DNA of 64,000 nt from positions 512,001-576,000 of the forward strand of contig CBDDIJ010000005.1 in assembly GCA_965228855.1 (NCBI GenBank). Direction: 5' to 3'. This DNA is from Candidatus Obscuribacterales bacterium. GTDB taxonomy: Bacteria; Cyanobacteriota; Vampirovibrionia; Obscuribacterales; Obscuribacteraceae. The translations under genes were made by a program, and so were the position numbers. This document shows positions 1-10,136 of this stretch, in pieces (within the stretch, counting starts at the first letter, position 1; every line of letters starts with the position of its first letter). The notes beneath the pieces are model-generated. The model saw only the letters and a program-made list of their open reading frames with translations. It made no database searches and was not told where the DNA came from.

Positions 1-535
1 TGGCACGCAGACTACCTAACGCAGCGGCGCGCTGATAATAGATTGCAGCTTTACTCTCATTTCTCGGCACACCAACGCCGTTGCAGTGCATATGTCCAAG
101 GTAGTAAATCGCTTCGGGGTGCTGGCGGCGAGCCGCAAGGGTGAGGTAGTGACGGGCTTTTGTTAAACATTTGTCGCAACCATTTACACCCAAGAAATAA
201 AATAGGCCTACATCATATTGAGCCTGGAGATGCCCATTGATGGCCGCCGACTCCAGCCAGTGGAGAGCATCTCCAAGGCTTCGTTCGATGCCGAATCCCT
301 TATGCAACATTCGCGCTGCACGATACTGGCTCTGTACATCTCCGTTGCGAGCCGCACACAGACACCATTTTGCGGACTTCTTAGCATCGCGATTTGAGCC
401 GTGCGAGCCTTCGTACAGAACCGACAAATAGAATTGCGAGGTCGGATCACCGCATATCGCCTTTCTACCAAGCAAGCGAAGAAAGCGTCGTCGAGAAGAC
501 TCGGGTGTCTTCATCTGCGGATTGGGCACCTTCAT
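1..535 (-). CDS. Sel1-like repeat protein, partial (runs off the window); missing from the ORF track
   Basis: Manual translation from ATG at 535 (ATGA overlap with the stop of the upstream COG0523 gene) is open to the window edge: ...[52 protein letters not shown]...[35 protein letters not shown], which are typical ~36-aa Sel1 repeats. Confidence 0.85.
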   Translation of the reverse strand, partial: MKVPNPQMKTPESSRRRFLRLLGRKAICGDPTSQFYLSVLYEGSHGSNRDAKKSAKWCLCAARNGDVQSQYRAARMLHKGFGIERSLGDALHWLESAAINGHLQAQYDVGLFYFLGVNGCDKCLTKARHYLTLAARRQHPEAIYYLGHMHCNGVGVPRNESKAAIYYQRAAALGSLRA

Positions 536-1779
536 GTTGCTATTGCTCCGGTCTTTGATTGCTCGGCAGCAAATTCCGAAAGCAGCTTGATTTGCCATTC
601 AGGGAATGGATCGGAAAATTCCTGCCAACCGGCCTCTGCAAGTAGCATGTCGCCATCGCTGAGCAAACAACGATCGAGTTGTTCAATTATCCAGTCCTTA
701 GCCATATCAATTCCGATAAAAACAAGCTCCTGACGGCGGTCTCCCCAGGGCTCCTGCCAGGACTGATGCAATTCTTTCAACAGAAGCGAATCTTGAGGCC
801 ACTTCTCCTTATCCATAGCTGCCCACCACATCGCGCCGGGCTCAATACGACATGCACCACCTGCCTGTGACCACTCGATTGAATAATCCATGCGAGTAGC
901 TATCCAGAGAAAACCTTTTGAGCGCAAAACACCGGACCATTCAGCATCTAGAAACCGCCGGAGTTTTTCCGGGTGGAACGGACGCCGGGCTCGGTAGACG
1001 AAACTGGAAATTCCATATTCGACGGTTTCAGGAACGTGCTCGCCTCGCAACTCGCGCATCCAGCCAGGCGATTCAGCAGCGTGATCGAAACGAAAAGTTT
1101 CCGTACTCAAAATCTCCTTAAGCGGGATGTTGCCAAACTGGCTTTTCACGATTCGGGCCATTGGATTGAATCGTTTTATCAGCGCGAACAGTCTTCGCAA
1201 GTCATCTTTACTCACCAGGTCGACTTTGTTCAGAACAATCACGTTGGCGAATTCTATTTGCTCAATCAGCAAATCTGTCACGGTGCGCGCGTCGTTCGCA
1301 TTGGCTTCTATCCCGCGCTCGACGAGTTCTTCAGTCTCCTCAAAATCGTTTAAAAAGTTGAAGGCATCAACAACTGTCACCATTGTGTCGAGTTGAGCTA
1401 TGTCGGAAAGCGTGAATCCATGCCCATCGGAAAACGCAAATGTTTCAGCGACTGGCATCGGTTCTGATATGCCGGTTGACTCGATGAGCAAATAATCAAA
1501 TCGATTCTCACCAGCCAGTCTTTTTATCTCAACCAGAAGGTCTTCTCGAAGAGTGCAGCAAATGCAACCATTAGACATCTCTATTAATTTTTCTTCGGTC
1601 CGATTTAAACTGGCATCGCCACGCAAGACGAGCTGCGAATCTATATTTATTTCGCTCATATCGTTTACGATGACGGCCACTTTTAGTCCTTCACGGTTTC
1701 TCAAAACGTGATTCAAAAGCGTTGTTTTTCCAGCGCCCAGAAATCCGGAAAGCACTGTGACTGGCAATTTTTTCTGCAT
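532..1779 (-). CDS. COG0523 (CobW/YciC/ZigA-type) G3E GTPase metallochaperone, copy 2
   Basis: GFLGAGKTT Walker A, GCICC metal motif, ESTG, NKVD, CobW_C-type RSKG..W..WSQAGG and [20 protein letters not shown]. Confidence 0.95.
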   Translation of the reverse strand: MQKKLPVTVLSGFLGAGKTTLLNHVLRNREGLKVAVIVNDMSEINIDSQLVLRGDASLNRTEEKLIEMSNGCICCTLREDLLVEIKRLAGENRFDYLLIESTGISEPMPVAETFAFSDGHGFTLSDIAQLDTMVTVVDAFNFLNDFEETEELVERGIEANANDARTVTDLLIEQIEFANVIVLNKVDLVSKDDLRRLFALIKRFNPMARIVKSQFGNIPLKEILSTETFRFDHAAESPGWMRELRGEHVPETVEYGISSFVYRARRPFHPEKLRRFLDAEWSGVLRSKGFLWIATRMDYSIEWSQAGGACRIEPGAMWWAAMDKEKWPQDSLLLKELHQSWQEPWGDRRQELVFIGIDMAKDWIIEQLDRCLLSDGDMLLAEAGWQEFSDPFPEWQIKLLSEFAAEQSKTGAIAT

Positions 1780-1790
1780 CGCGCCTCCAA

Positions 1791-3026
1791 CTAATTAGCA
1801 AGCAAATATGCCGAGAGTTTCTCAATGTCCGCTTCCAAACTCTGAGCAAGTGAATATGGATCGATGAACTCCCGCCAGACATCCGGTCCCTGTTCCATTT
1901 CCATTGGAGTGAGGAGAGCGAGATTCAATTGCCTCTCAATATGCTCGCGATCCATTTTTCTTCCAATGAAAACCAACTCCTGGCGCCTGTCGCCCCAGGG
2001 CTCCTGCCATTCGCTACGCAAATCTTCGAGCCCTTCCTCTTCTTCCGGCCACTCGTCGGAAGGAATAGCAGCCCACCAGGAAGCGCTCAATCCGATATTG
2101 GAGGCACCACCGGCCTGGGACCACTCAACAGACTGATCCATGTATTTAGCAAGCCACATTATTCCTTTAGAACGCACTACACCAACCCAGTCGGAATTGA
2201 GAAATGCCGCCAGGCGTTCCGGGTGGAACGGACGGCGAGCCCGAAAGACGAAGCTGCTAATGCCGTATTCTTCGGTTTCCGGAATGTGCTCACCTCGCAA
2301 CTCCTGCATCCACCCTGGTGCTTGAGAGGCCTGGTCGAAGTCAAACAGATTTGTATCCAGAAGTTCTTTCAGCGGAACTCTGCCTTGCTCACTGAGAATC
2401 AACCTGGCATGAGGGTTCAAATGGTGGATTACACTTTTGAGTTCATTCAACTCTTCGGCCGTGATTAAGTCGGTTTTGTTCAACACAATGACATTCGCAA
2501 ATTCGACCTGGTCTATCAATAGATCTGAAATAGTGCGTTCGTCGTCGCTGTTCAACTGCAGGTCGCGCGCCTTCAGTTCAGAACCTTCCTCATAGTCAGG
2601 AAGGAAATTCAAACAATCGACGACGGTGACCATTGTGTCGAGGCGCGCCATATCCGATAAACTCACGCCATCTTCATCTTCGAAGACGAAGGTTTCCGCA
2701 ACCGGCATCGGCTCGGAAATTCCAGTAGATTCTATTAGCAGATAATCGAACCGTCCTTCTCTAGCAAGCTTGGAGACTTCAACCAGGAGATCCTCGCGAA
2801 GCGTACAGCAGATGCATCCGTTGGACATCTCGACCAATCGTTCCTCTGTTCGAGACAGACTGGCACCGCCCTGTTTGACAAGTCGAGCGTCGATGTTCAC
2901 TTCGCTCATGTCGTTAACGATTACCGCTACTTTGCGACCTTCGCGATTGTTTAGAACCTCATTCAGCAGCGTAGTCTTTCCTGCGCCCAGAAAACCGGAT
3001 AATACGGTTACGGGAAGCTTGTTCAT
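1791..3026 (-). CDS. COG0523 G3E GTPase metallochaperone, copy 1
   Basis: Same motifs as the neighbour ([30 protein letters not shown]); AAGGAG RBS. Confidence 0.95.
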   Translation of the reverse strand: MNKLPVTVLSGFLGAGKTTLLNEVLNNREGRKVAVIVNDMSEVNIDARLVKQGGASLSRTEERLVEMSNGCICCTLREDLLVEVSKLAREGRFDYLLIESTGISEPMPVAETFVFEDEDGVSLSDMARLDTMVTVVDCLNFLPDYEEGSELKARDLQLNSDDERTISDLLIDQVEFANVIVLNKTDLITAEELNELKSVIHHLNPHARLILSEQGRVPLKELLDTNLFDFDQASQAPGWMQELRGEHIPETEEYGISSFVFRARRPFHPERLAAFLNSDWVGVVRSKGIMWLAKYMDQSVEWSQAGGASNIGLSASWWAAIPSDEWPEEEEGLEDLRSEWQEPWGDRRQELVFIGRKMDREHIERQLNLALLTPMEMEQGPDVWREFIDPYSLAQSLEADIEKLSAYLLAN

Positions 3027-3038
3027 TACAGATCTCCT

Positions 3039-3206
3039 TTATGCTTTTGTTTCTTTAAACGGCGCGTGCATGTTGCAGCCCGGACAGTACTTCCGCAGCT
3101 GTATGCGCTCTGGGTTATTTTTTTTGTTCTTGGTGGTCGTGTAAAAATGCCGGCAATCATGCTCCGCGCACGCCAACCTGATTATTACTCTTGTACTTTT
3201 TTTCAT
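3039..3206 (-). CDS. rpmG: 50S ribosomal protein L33
   Basis: MKKSTRVIIRLAC...YTTTKNKKNNPERIQLRKYCPGC...FKETK matches L33; start moved to ATG 3206, which follows a GAGGA RBS. Confidence 0.92.
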   Translation of the reverse strand: MKKSTRVIIRLACAEHDCRHFYTTTKNKKNNPERIQLRKYCPGCNMHAPFKETKA

Positions 3207-3284
3207 AAAAAGAATCCTCAATGCGACTCAGCATTGCTTAATGCGGTCTTCTGAGAGTGCGCTCCGCAGTTACTAACCGCTCCT

Positions 3285-3306
3285 TATTGATAATAGATTA
3301 TCAATA
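3285..3306. promoter_or_regulatory. Fur/Zur-type operator (perfect 10-2-10 inverted repeat)
   Basis: TATTGATAAT-AG-ATTATCAATA between the divergent rpmG/COG0523 operon and the Fur-family gene. Confidence 0.8.
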
Positions 3307-3342
3307 TCGACAAAGTCAAATGCACATGGCAGAATTTAAAAT

Positions 3343-3720
3343 ATGGAAAGAAACACACAACAACGCCAGGCAATTCTCAAAGTGTTCGAGCGCTCGACAA
3401 GACCGCTCAAGATTCAAGAGATCCATACTGCGGCGAAAAAACGCTGCACCGGAATAGGCATCGCAACTGTTTATAGAAACCTGAAAGCACTGCTTGAGGA
3501 CGGAAGACTTGTTGCCGTCGATATGCCAGGCGGGCTGGTTCTGTATGAGTTGCCCGGCATCGAGCATCATCATCATTTTTCCTGCAACAGCTGCGAAAAG
3601 GTCTTCGACGTAGAAGCCTGCGGTCTAAATTTGCAGAGTCTAATTCCAAGTGGTTTCAAATTGGAGCAACACGAGATTCTTTTATCGGGCTTGTGCGACA
3701 GCTGCGCCGTCAGAGCCTGA
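3343..3720 (+). CDS. Fur-family transcriptional repressor (probably Zur-like)
   Basis: TQQRQAIL, GIATVYRNL helix, HHHHFSCNSC and C-terminal GLCDSC; metal specificity inferred from COG0523/rpmG neighbours. Confidence 0.9.
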   Translation: MERNTQQRQAILKVFERSTRPLKIQEIHTAAKKRCTGIGIATVYRNLKALLEDGRLVAVDMPGGLVLYELPGIEHHHHFSCNSCEKVFDVEACGLNLQSLIPSGFKLEQHEILLSGLCDSCAVRA

Positions 3721-3734
3721 CCGAAAGTGTGAGG

Positions 3735-4730
3735 CTAAACACGAACTGCCGTAGGAACGCTGACCTGGTCGGCGGTTAAGCGAGACAGTGCAGCTTCGTA
3801 AGAGAAATCGGCATCAAGATTTTCGTCGAGGTTTGCTCCGTAGAACTCGTTGTACCATTCCTGACAGACTTTGGAATGCGTTGAGCGCAATGATGCCAGA
3901 TACTCGCGCCAATCTCTCTTGCGGTTAACAAGCACACGCAAACAAGCATCAAATGCTTCGTTCTGTTCCTGGTGAAACTGATCAAGCGCCTCGAAATTGC
4001 CTTGCTCGAATCGTTTTAAATATCGAGAGTTCGGAACGAATCCCAACAACTTCTCAGACGAAACATGGTGCAAGATAAATGATTTATCGTCTTCAGTTTC
4101 GATCTTGTTTCCAATAACGTAAACCCGCTCAGCAAGTTGCGGAGCGATATCGAGAAAGTCGCTGTAGACTCGCAGGGATTTCAGAGTGGGTTCGACAACG
4201 AATACGTTTACATCATAAGCGAAGGATAGAGAAGTTGCTATGTTGTCGGTACCGGCAGTAGTATCAGCAACAACGATGTCCTCAGGGAGATCCAAAAGAT
4301 GATGCATTACGCCTGCCAACCCGCGAAGCTTTGTGTGATAGCATGAACCGCCGACATCCGACTCTTTATAGGTTCCAACAGTCAATAGCAATATATTCTC
4401 GCTGCGCAGCGCATAAGCAGCAAGGAATGGATCGTCGCCCGCTACTCGTATAAATGATGATTTGAACGAAGGCGGGGTGGTGCCCAACATTTGTTTTGCT
4501 CCCACGTCGGTTCGTTCACCGCGCAGATAGTCAAAAATCTGATCGCAAATTTCGCCTAGCTCGATCTTGTTTCCCCTGATTTTTTCAAAATTGAGAGCCC
4601 CCAGTAAATGCGCATTTACGTCCGCGTCGATGGCCAGAACTGAGCTGAACTTCTCGGCCGCGTATTTGACGAAACCAGCCGCGGTAGTGGTTTTACCAGC
4701 ACCTCCCTTCCCGAGGAATGCTATTCTCAT
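3735..4730 (-). CDS. CooC/MinD-like P-loop ATPase
   Basis: MRIAFLGKGGAGKTT deviant Walker A, IDAD, DTTAG, VVEPT, GNK; start at ATG 4730 after AAGGAGGAG RBS. Confidence 0.85.
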   Translation of the reverse strand: MRIAFLGKGGAGKTTTAAGFVKYAAEKFSSVLAIDADVNAHLLGALNFEKIRGNKIELGEICDQIFDYLRGERTDVGAKQMLGTTPPSFKSSFIRVAGDDPFLAAYALRSENILLLTVGTYKESDVGGSCYHTKLRGLAGVMHHLLDLPEDIVVADTTAGTDNIATSLSFAYDVNVFVVEPTLKSLRVYSDFLDIAPQLAERVYVIGNKIETEDDKSFILHHVSSEKLLGFVPNSRYLKRFEQGNFEALDQFHQEQNEAFDACLRVLVNRKRDWREYLASLRSTHSKVCQEWYNEFYGANLDENLDADFSYEAALSRLTADQVSVPTAVRV

Positions 4731-4900
4731 TTGCGTCTCCTCCTTTTGTAAACGAACGGAACCGTCGCACCACATACAGTGCAGCAGCAAATGCGTCCGG
4801 TTCACGAGCGAAATCGAGTTAGTTTTTGATTGAAGTGAGCAGCAAGGTAACACAAAAAAGCAAACAAGCGACAGCCGGCATCAAATCGACCGTTACCTTT

Positions 4901-4926
4901 CTTAATGAGAATCAATTATCATTAAG
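4901..4926. promoter_or_regulatory. Second Fur/Zur-type operator (12-2-12 inverted repeat, 1 mismatch)
   Basis: CTTAATGAGAAT-CA-ATTATCATTAAG about 170 bp upstream of the CooC-like ATPase; same core geometry as 3285-3306. Confidence 0.7.
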
Positions 4927-4964
4927 CCAAATAGTTCACTCGATCGTCCAACAGACGTTTTTAC

Positions 4965-5858
4965 TTATGGAATCAATGCGTCTTGATTCGTGTTGTGCAG
5001 AAACTCGGCGAACTCCTTCTTCAGGTCGCGTCCCTTATAGGAATCAATCAGGTCAACTGGTCCGATTCGTCTATCGGTCGCCGTATTCTCTTGAATGGAA
5101 CGTGGTCTGCCGCCTGCGTTGTACACCTCAAAAGACATCTGGGTTTCAATCTGGTTATCCGAAAGCGGTCGATGGCGAGTGAGTGCTTCCATCATGTACG
5201 AATCTGTGATCAACTTCGACTGTTTCTGGACATCGAGAACGGTATAAATTTCGCGAAAGATGATTTCTTTATCTGTTACGCGAATTGGCTCCTTCGCTCG
5301 CATGAGGGCAATCGATTGATAGCTGCCATGATCGGAAATCGCTTGCGGTTTTAAATTACAGTTCCATATGTGACCTTGCTTATCCCGTTGCACACCAAAG
5401 TCAGCAACCTGTTCCGACATGAAAGTATTCTGTGATCTATCTGTATATCCAGAAACGCAATCCTGGCTGAAGACCCGCGTTTCCATACGTCGCTGCCATT
5501 GGCCAGCGAGCCAATCAGGAATGCGATACCACGTCAATTTGTCACTGCCGCCCTCGAGGAGTCGACTGTCAAATATCGAACCGGCTTGCAAATTGTCCGG
5601 TACGGGATCGAGCCGGCCCGAGTGCTCAATGCCAAGTTTCAGAACTGTTTTGTCTCCCTGTTTCTCGACTCGTGGAGATGAGTTGGGTGCGTCCTCGACC
5701 CAATCAGGATCGTCAGCGGAGTAAGCAGGAAGCATCACTATTAGTGATACCAGGCACGTTAACACCATCAAAGCGGGTTTCGCAAAAACTGGCACCGCTT
5801 GCGACACCATCACTCTCGCCACTGATACCATATGTGACACCATCAATTTCAAAATCAT
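4965..5858 (-). CDS. Secreted hypothetical protein (paralog of 52273-53127); start uncertain
   Basis: Hydrophobic signal-like N-terminus ending AYSA; shared motifs IEHS..LDP, W.R.P.WLAG.W, G.Q.D..G..W, C-terminal DL...FA..L......LIP. Confidence 0.75.
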   Translation of the reverse strand: MILKLMVSHMVSVARVMVSQAVPVFAKPALMVLTCLVSLIVMLPAYSADDPDWVEDAPNSSPRVEKQGDKTVLKLGIEHSGRLDPVPDNLQAGSIFDSRLLEGGSDKLTWYRIPDWLAGQWQRRMETRVFSQDCVSGYTDRSQNTFMSEQVADFGVQRDKQGHIWNCNLKPQAISDHGSYQSIALMRAKEPIRVTDKEIIFREIYTVLDVQKQSKLITDSYMMEALTRHRPLSDNQIETQMSFEVYNAGGRPRSIQENTATDRRIGPVDLIDSYKGRDLKKEFAEFLHNTNQDALIP

Positions 5859-5890
5859 TCTGCTTCAAACCGTCACGGACACTGTAAGCG

Positions 5891-6652
5891 CTAACCGTTT
5901 TTCACCGATATCTGCCTGTTAATAAATTCTATTGTTCGCTCCCAGGCATCTTTAGCGGCAGCTTCATTATAGTGATCGCGAGTATCGTTGAAGAAGGCAT
6001 GCGGAGCATCGGGATAGATTTTGAGTTGAACATCAGGCGAGTATTGTTTCAATCGGTCCTCCAACTGTTCAACGTCTGAAACGGGAATCAGGGAATCGAT
6101 CCCGGAGAACAAACCGAGCGTAGGGCAAACACTTCCGGAAGCGTAGTCGATCGGATGCTTCGTTTTCGTCTCTGTTATTTCGGGATAGCGGACGCGCCCG
6201 TAGTAGTCGATTAGGAAAGCGATATGCGGAGTAGAGCAGGCAAACATCAAAGCCATCGCTCCACCCATGCAGTATCCGATAGTTCCAACTGTTTCGGAAA
6301 GTACATCGTCGCGCTTACTCATTTCCTGATACAGCGCTTGTAAGTCGCTTATCAGCTCGGAGTCGGGAATCTTGGACCAGACGGCGCGCATACCGTCTAG
6401 ATCGTTTTTGTCCTCTGGAAGTCCCGGCCGGTCGGCAAACAGATCCGGAGCGAAAACACGCAATCCAAGAGTCTTGGCGAACCGCCGACTGACATCACGA
6501 ATGTGTTCGTTCAAACCAAAAATTTCATGGATCAAAATCAAGCCGGCAGATGCAACATCTTTCGGACCGACGGCGAAAACAGGCAGCTCTCGACCGTTCC
6601 TTCTCAGCAAAAATTCCTCTTCTTGAAGACTTCGCTCGTTGCTGTCGCTCAC
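5891..6652 (-). CDS. Dienelactone hydrolase family protein
   Basis: HEIFGLN..I, APDLF, GYCMGG nucleophile elbow, YYG, YPDAPHAFFND. Confidence 0.92.
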   Translation of the reverse strand: MSDSNERSLQEEEFLLRRNGRELPVFAVGPKDVASAGLILIHEIFGLNEHIRDVSRRFAKTLGLRVFAPDLFADRPGLPEDKNDLDGMRAVWSKIPDSELISDLQALYQEMSKRDDVLSETVGTIGYCMGGAMALMFACSTPHIAFLIDYYGRVRYPEITETKTKHPIDYASGSVCPTLGLFSGIDSLIPVSDVEQLEDRLKQYSPDVQLKIYPDAPHAFFNDTRDHYNEAAAKDAWERTIEFINRQISVKNG

Positions 6653-6678
6653 GTTTTACCTCCAAGATTGAACAAAAT

Positions 6679-7602
6679 CTATTCCAAAATAGAAAGAGAC
6701 TGCTCGTCAGCGTGATAACTGCTTCGCACAAGCGGACCGCTGAAGACGTTTTCAAAGCCCATCTTCATACCGACTTCGTGGAAATATTCAAACTCCTCAG
6801 GCGTTACCCAGCGTTCCACGGGAAGATGGTTCAAAGTAGGCTGCATGTATTGCCCGAGTGTGAGCAAGTCAACTTTGACTTTGCGCCACTCTTCCATGAC
6901 TTCGAGAATTTCCTCGTTCGTCTCGCCGAGTCCGACCATGATACCGGATTTGGTGACCATGCCTTGCTCTTTGGCGCGCTGGAGAAGCTCCATGCTACGA
7001 ACGAATTTGCCCTGAGGTCGGACTTTGAGATAAAGACGCGGAACCGTTTCAGTGTTGTGGTTTAAAACATCGGGTCGGGCGTCGATAACTGTTTGCAAGG
7101 CGTCCCAGTTCGAACAGAAGTCTGGAATGAGAACCTCAATCTTGGTGTTCGGGCTTGCCTCGCGGACAGCGCGAATGGTTTCGGCCCAAACAGAAGCACC
7201 ACCATCCTTCAGTTCGTCTCTATTAACAGAAGTTATAACTGCGTACTTCAAATCCATCAGACGCACCGCATCGGCTACGCGGCGCGGCTCGTCGAGGTCG
7301 AGTTCAGTGGGTTTGCCAGTGATTACATTACAAAAACCACAGCTTCGAGTGCATATATTTCCGAGAATCATGAAGGTGGCGGTCTGGCGAGACCAGCATT
7401 CTCCGCGGTTCGGGCAGGCAGCCGACTCACAAACAGTGTGCAGCTCGTGCTCTTCAATGAGGCTCTTTACCTTGCGATAACCTGTCCCAGTCGGAAGCTT
7501 CACTCGCAACCAATCCGGCTTGCGGAGCCCGATTCGAACGTTTTCGCTTTCGTCTTTCGTTCGGACTAAATTTTGTTCAACATTCGAATTTTTATGATTC
7601 AT
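6679..7602 (-). CDS. lipA: Lipoyl synthase
   Basis: RKPDWLR, CESAACPNRGEC, CTRSCGFC radical-SAM motif, C-terminal RSSYHA; divergent from the 2-oxoacid dehydrogenase operon. Confidence 0.97.
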   Translation of the reverse strand: MNHKNSNVEQNLVRTKDESENVRIGLRKPDWLRVKLPTGTGYRKVKSLIEEHELHTVCESAACPNRGECWSRQTATFMILGNICTRSCGFCNVITGKPTELDLDEPRRVADAVRLMDLKYAVITSVNRDELKDGGASVWAETIRAVREASPNTKIEVLIPDFCSNWDALQTVIDARPDVLNHNTETVPRLYLKVRPQGKFVRSMELLQRAKEQGMVTKSGIMVGLGETNEEILEVMEEWRKVKVDLLTLGQYMQPTLNHLPVERWVTPEEFEYFHEVGMKMGFENVFSGPLVRSSYHADEQSLSILE

Positions 7603-7802
7603 TCAGATTCCGGCTCAAAATCAAGTGTTTTAGCGATTTCTTCATGCCATATTAATAGATCATGGCGCGGTCGTATGACATACTTTCATGGTCTGATGCT
7701 GATCGTCAAGCATGCATGGATATAAACCAGGCTAGGCGATCGCGGCGGATGCGAAGACGCTTAGACTTTGGATATCAAAGCAAATTACGCAGGTGACTTA
7801 AC

Positions 7803-8945
7803 ATGCCGAGAAAAGTTCTAGAGATCGAGCAGAAAATCGAATACCTCTCGATTCTCGATGAAAACGCCAACGTCGACAAAGAGCTTGAGCCGGACATCCC
7901 GGCAGAACAGCTCAAGTCGATGTACAAGTACATGTTGCTTGGCCGACGCTGTGATGAGCGCATGCTCAAAATGCAGCGCCAGGGACGCCTTGGCACATTC
8001 CCCCAGTCTGCCGGACACGAAGCTATCTCAATCGGTTCCGCCATCAATTTGCATCAAGATGACTGGCATGTGCCCGCGTATCGCGAACTGGCCGGAATGC
8101 TCTATAGAGGTTGGCCTATTGAAAACATCATCCTTTATTGGAATGGTTTCGAAGAGGGCACTGCACCGCCGGAGCACGTCAACGACCTGCCGATTTGCGT
8201 TCCGCTGGCAACTCAATTGCCACATGCCGTAGGCATCGGCATGGCGATGACCTACAAGAAAGAAAAGAATGTCGTCATGACTTACTTTGGTGACGGTGCC
8301 TCGTCCGAAGGAGATTGTCATGAAGCCTTGAACTTTGCGTCGGTCTTCAAGGCCCCTGTCGTTTTCGTTTGCTTGAATAACCAGTACGCGATTTCGGTTC
8401 CGCTCTCACGCCAGATGAGCTGCGAAACAGTTGCGCAACGAGCGATCGCTTACAACATGCCCGGCATCCGAGTGGATGGCAACGACGTCCTGGCTGTTTA
8501 CGTCGCCACCAAAGAAGCTGTCGAACGCGCCAGAGCCGGCTACGGACCGAGTCTGATCGAAGGTCTGACCTACAGACTGACACCACACACTACTGCCGAC
8601 GATCCGAAGAAGTACAGAAGCGAAGCGGAAACAGATGAGTGGGCGAAGAAAGAACCGCTTATCCGGTTTGCGAAATATCTGCAAAACAAAGGCGTTATGA
8701 CCGCAGAAGATCTGGAGAACATGGAAGCGGAAGTCGACAACATGGTCAAGACAGCCGTGGTCAAAGCAGAAGAGATGGCGAAAAGCGAGGAACTCCTCAA
8801 CCCCTTCACCATCATCGACCACGTCTACGCGGACATGCCGCAATTCCTGCAAGAACAGCGTGACGAACTGGCAGAACTCGTGAAGAGGGAAGCAGCACGC
8901 AAAGAAAAAAAGAACGCAAAGAGTGAGACGGGAGCGCGTTCGTAG
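7803..8945 (+). CDS. pdhA: 2-oxoacid (pyruvate/branched-chain) dehydrogenase E1 alpha
   Basis: QRQGR, GHEA, TPP motif GDGASSEGD..N, NNQYAIS, TYR..HTTADDP. Confidence 0.92.
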   Translation: MPRKVLEIEQKIEYLSILDENANVDKELEPDIPAEQLKSMYKYMLLGRRCDERMLKMQRQGRLGTFPQSAGHEAISIGSAINLHQDDWHVPAYRELAGMLYRGWPIENIILYWNGFEEGTAPPEHVNDLPICVPLATQLPHAVGIGMAMTYKKEKNVVMTYFGDGASSEGDCHEALNFASVFKAPVVFVCLNNQYAISVPLSRQMSCETVAQRAIAYNMPGIRVDGNDVLAVYVATKEAVERARAGYGPSLIEGLTYRLTPHTTADDPKKYRSEAETDEWAKKEPLIRFAKYLQNKGVMTAEDLENMEAEVDNMVKTAVVKAEEMAKSEELLNPFTIIDHVYADMPQFLQEQRDELAELVKREAARKEKKNAKSETGARS

Positions 8946-9008
8946 TTTTTATCGAGGTCAGGCGCGCCACTTAGGAGGCGCCTTTCGAAACAGCAACAGG
9001 AGTTTGAA

Positions 9009-9986
9009 ATGGCTGAAATAAATATGGCAAAAGCGATCAACCTCGCGCTCCATGAAGCAATGGATCGCGACGATCGGGTTGTCGTGATGGGTGAAGACGT
9101 CGGTCAGGATGAAGGCGTTTTTCGTATCACCGAAGGTCTGTTCGCGAAATTCGGCGACGACCGCGTGATCGATACCCCCCTTGCGGAAGCTGCAATCATC
9201 GGCACCGCGATCGGCATGTCGATCAATGGAATGAAACCGGTGGCAGAAATTCAATTTACCGGTTTCGACTACTACGCGTTCCACCAGATTGAAAGCCACG
9301 CTTCGCGATTCCGCAACAGAACCAGAGGACGCATCCATATTCCGATGGTGATGCGCGCTCCATATGGCGGAGGTATACGCGCTCTCGAGCACCACTCAGA
9401 GAGCCGTGAAACATACTATGTTCACACGCCTGGTTTGAAAGTTGTAATTCCTTCCGGGCCGAGAAACGCGAGGGCACTGCTTCACAGCTCGATTCAAGAC
9501 CCGGATCCCGTTATCTACCTGGAACCTAAAGCTTGCTATCGTCTTTTCAGAGAAGAAGTGCCGGACAAAATGGAGACTCTTCCAATCGGTCAAGCGCAAG
9601 TGGTCAAAGAAGGTGAAGACTTGACGCTCATCTCTTACGGAGCCAGCCTCCGAGCTGCGATCGAAGCTGCCGAAGACATGGAAGACGATGGCATCCAGGC
9701 AGAGGTCATCGATTTGCTGACGGTTTCTCCAATGGATCATAAGACCATAATCAAGTCCGTGATGAAAACCGGTCGCGCGGTGATCGTTCACGAAGGTCAG
9801 CGCAACTGCGGAATCGGTGCCGAAATCATCGCACGGATAAACGAGCATGCGTTCCTTTATCTGGAAGCGCCAATCAAGCGCGTAACCGGACTTGATATTC
9901 CGATTCCGTACTTCTCGAAAGAGCGCTACTATCTGCCAGATGCAGAGCGCGTGGTAATAGCCTGCAAAGAAACACTGAACTTCTAA
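9009..9986 (+). CDS. pdhB: 2-oxoacid dehydrogenase E1 beta
   Basis: GEDVG..GVFR, DTPLAE, EIQF, GGGIRALEHHSES. Confidence 0.93.
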   Translation: MAEINMAKAINLALHEAMDRDDRVVVMGEDVGQDEGVFRITEGLFAKFGDDRVIDTPLAEAAIIGTAIGMSINGMKPVAEIQFTGFDYYAFHQIESHASRFRNRTRGRIHIPMVMRAPYGGGIRALEHHSESRETYYVHTPGLKVVIPSGPRNARALLHSSIQDPDPVIYLEPKACYRLFREEVPDKMETLPIGQAQVVKEGEDLTLISYGASLRAAIEAAEDMEDDGIQAEVIDLLTVSPMDHKTIIKSVMKTGRAVIVHEGQRNCGIGAEIIARINEHAFLYLEAPIKRVTGLDIPIPYFSKERYYLPDAERVVIACKETLNF

Positions 9987-10136
9987 CTGCCCGGAGCCCG
10001 TTTCAATCGATGAAGCCGGCTCCGAGTCCGTTACCCGAGACCTTTGAGCAGCTCGGATCGTTTGAAGCAAAGGATTTGAAACAGGCTGAATTGAAAAAAC
10101 TTTTGTAATTCGTTTGACTAGACTAAGAGGAAAACA

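Noticed and set aside
208..471. 87-aa minus-strand ORF in the track
   Set aside because: Wrong frame; the overlapping frame from ATG 535 encodes clear Sel1 repeats
4731..4900. Possible riboswitch or leader peptide (MPAVACLLFCVTLLLTSIKN) upstream of the CooC-like gene
   Set aside because: Only a weak hairpin and no recognisable aptamer consensus; cannot be supported without covariance analysis
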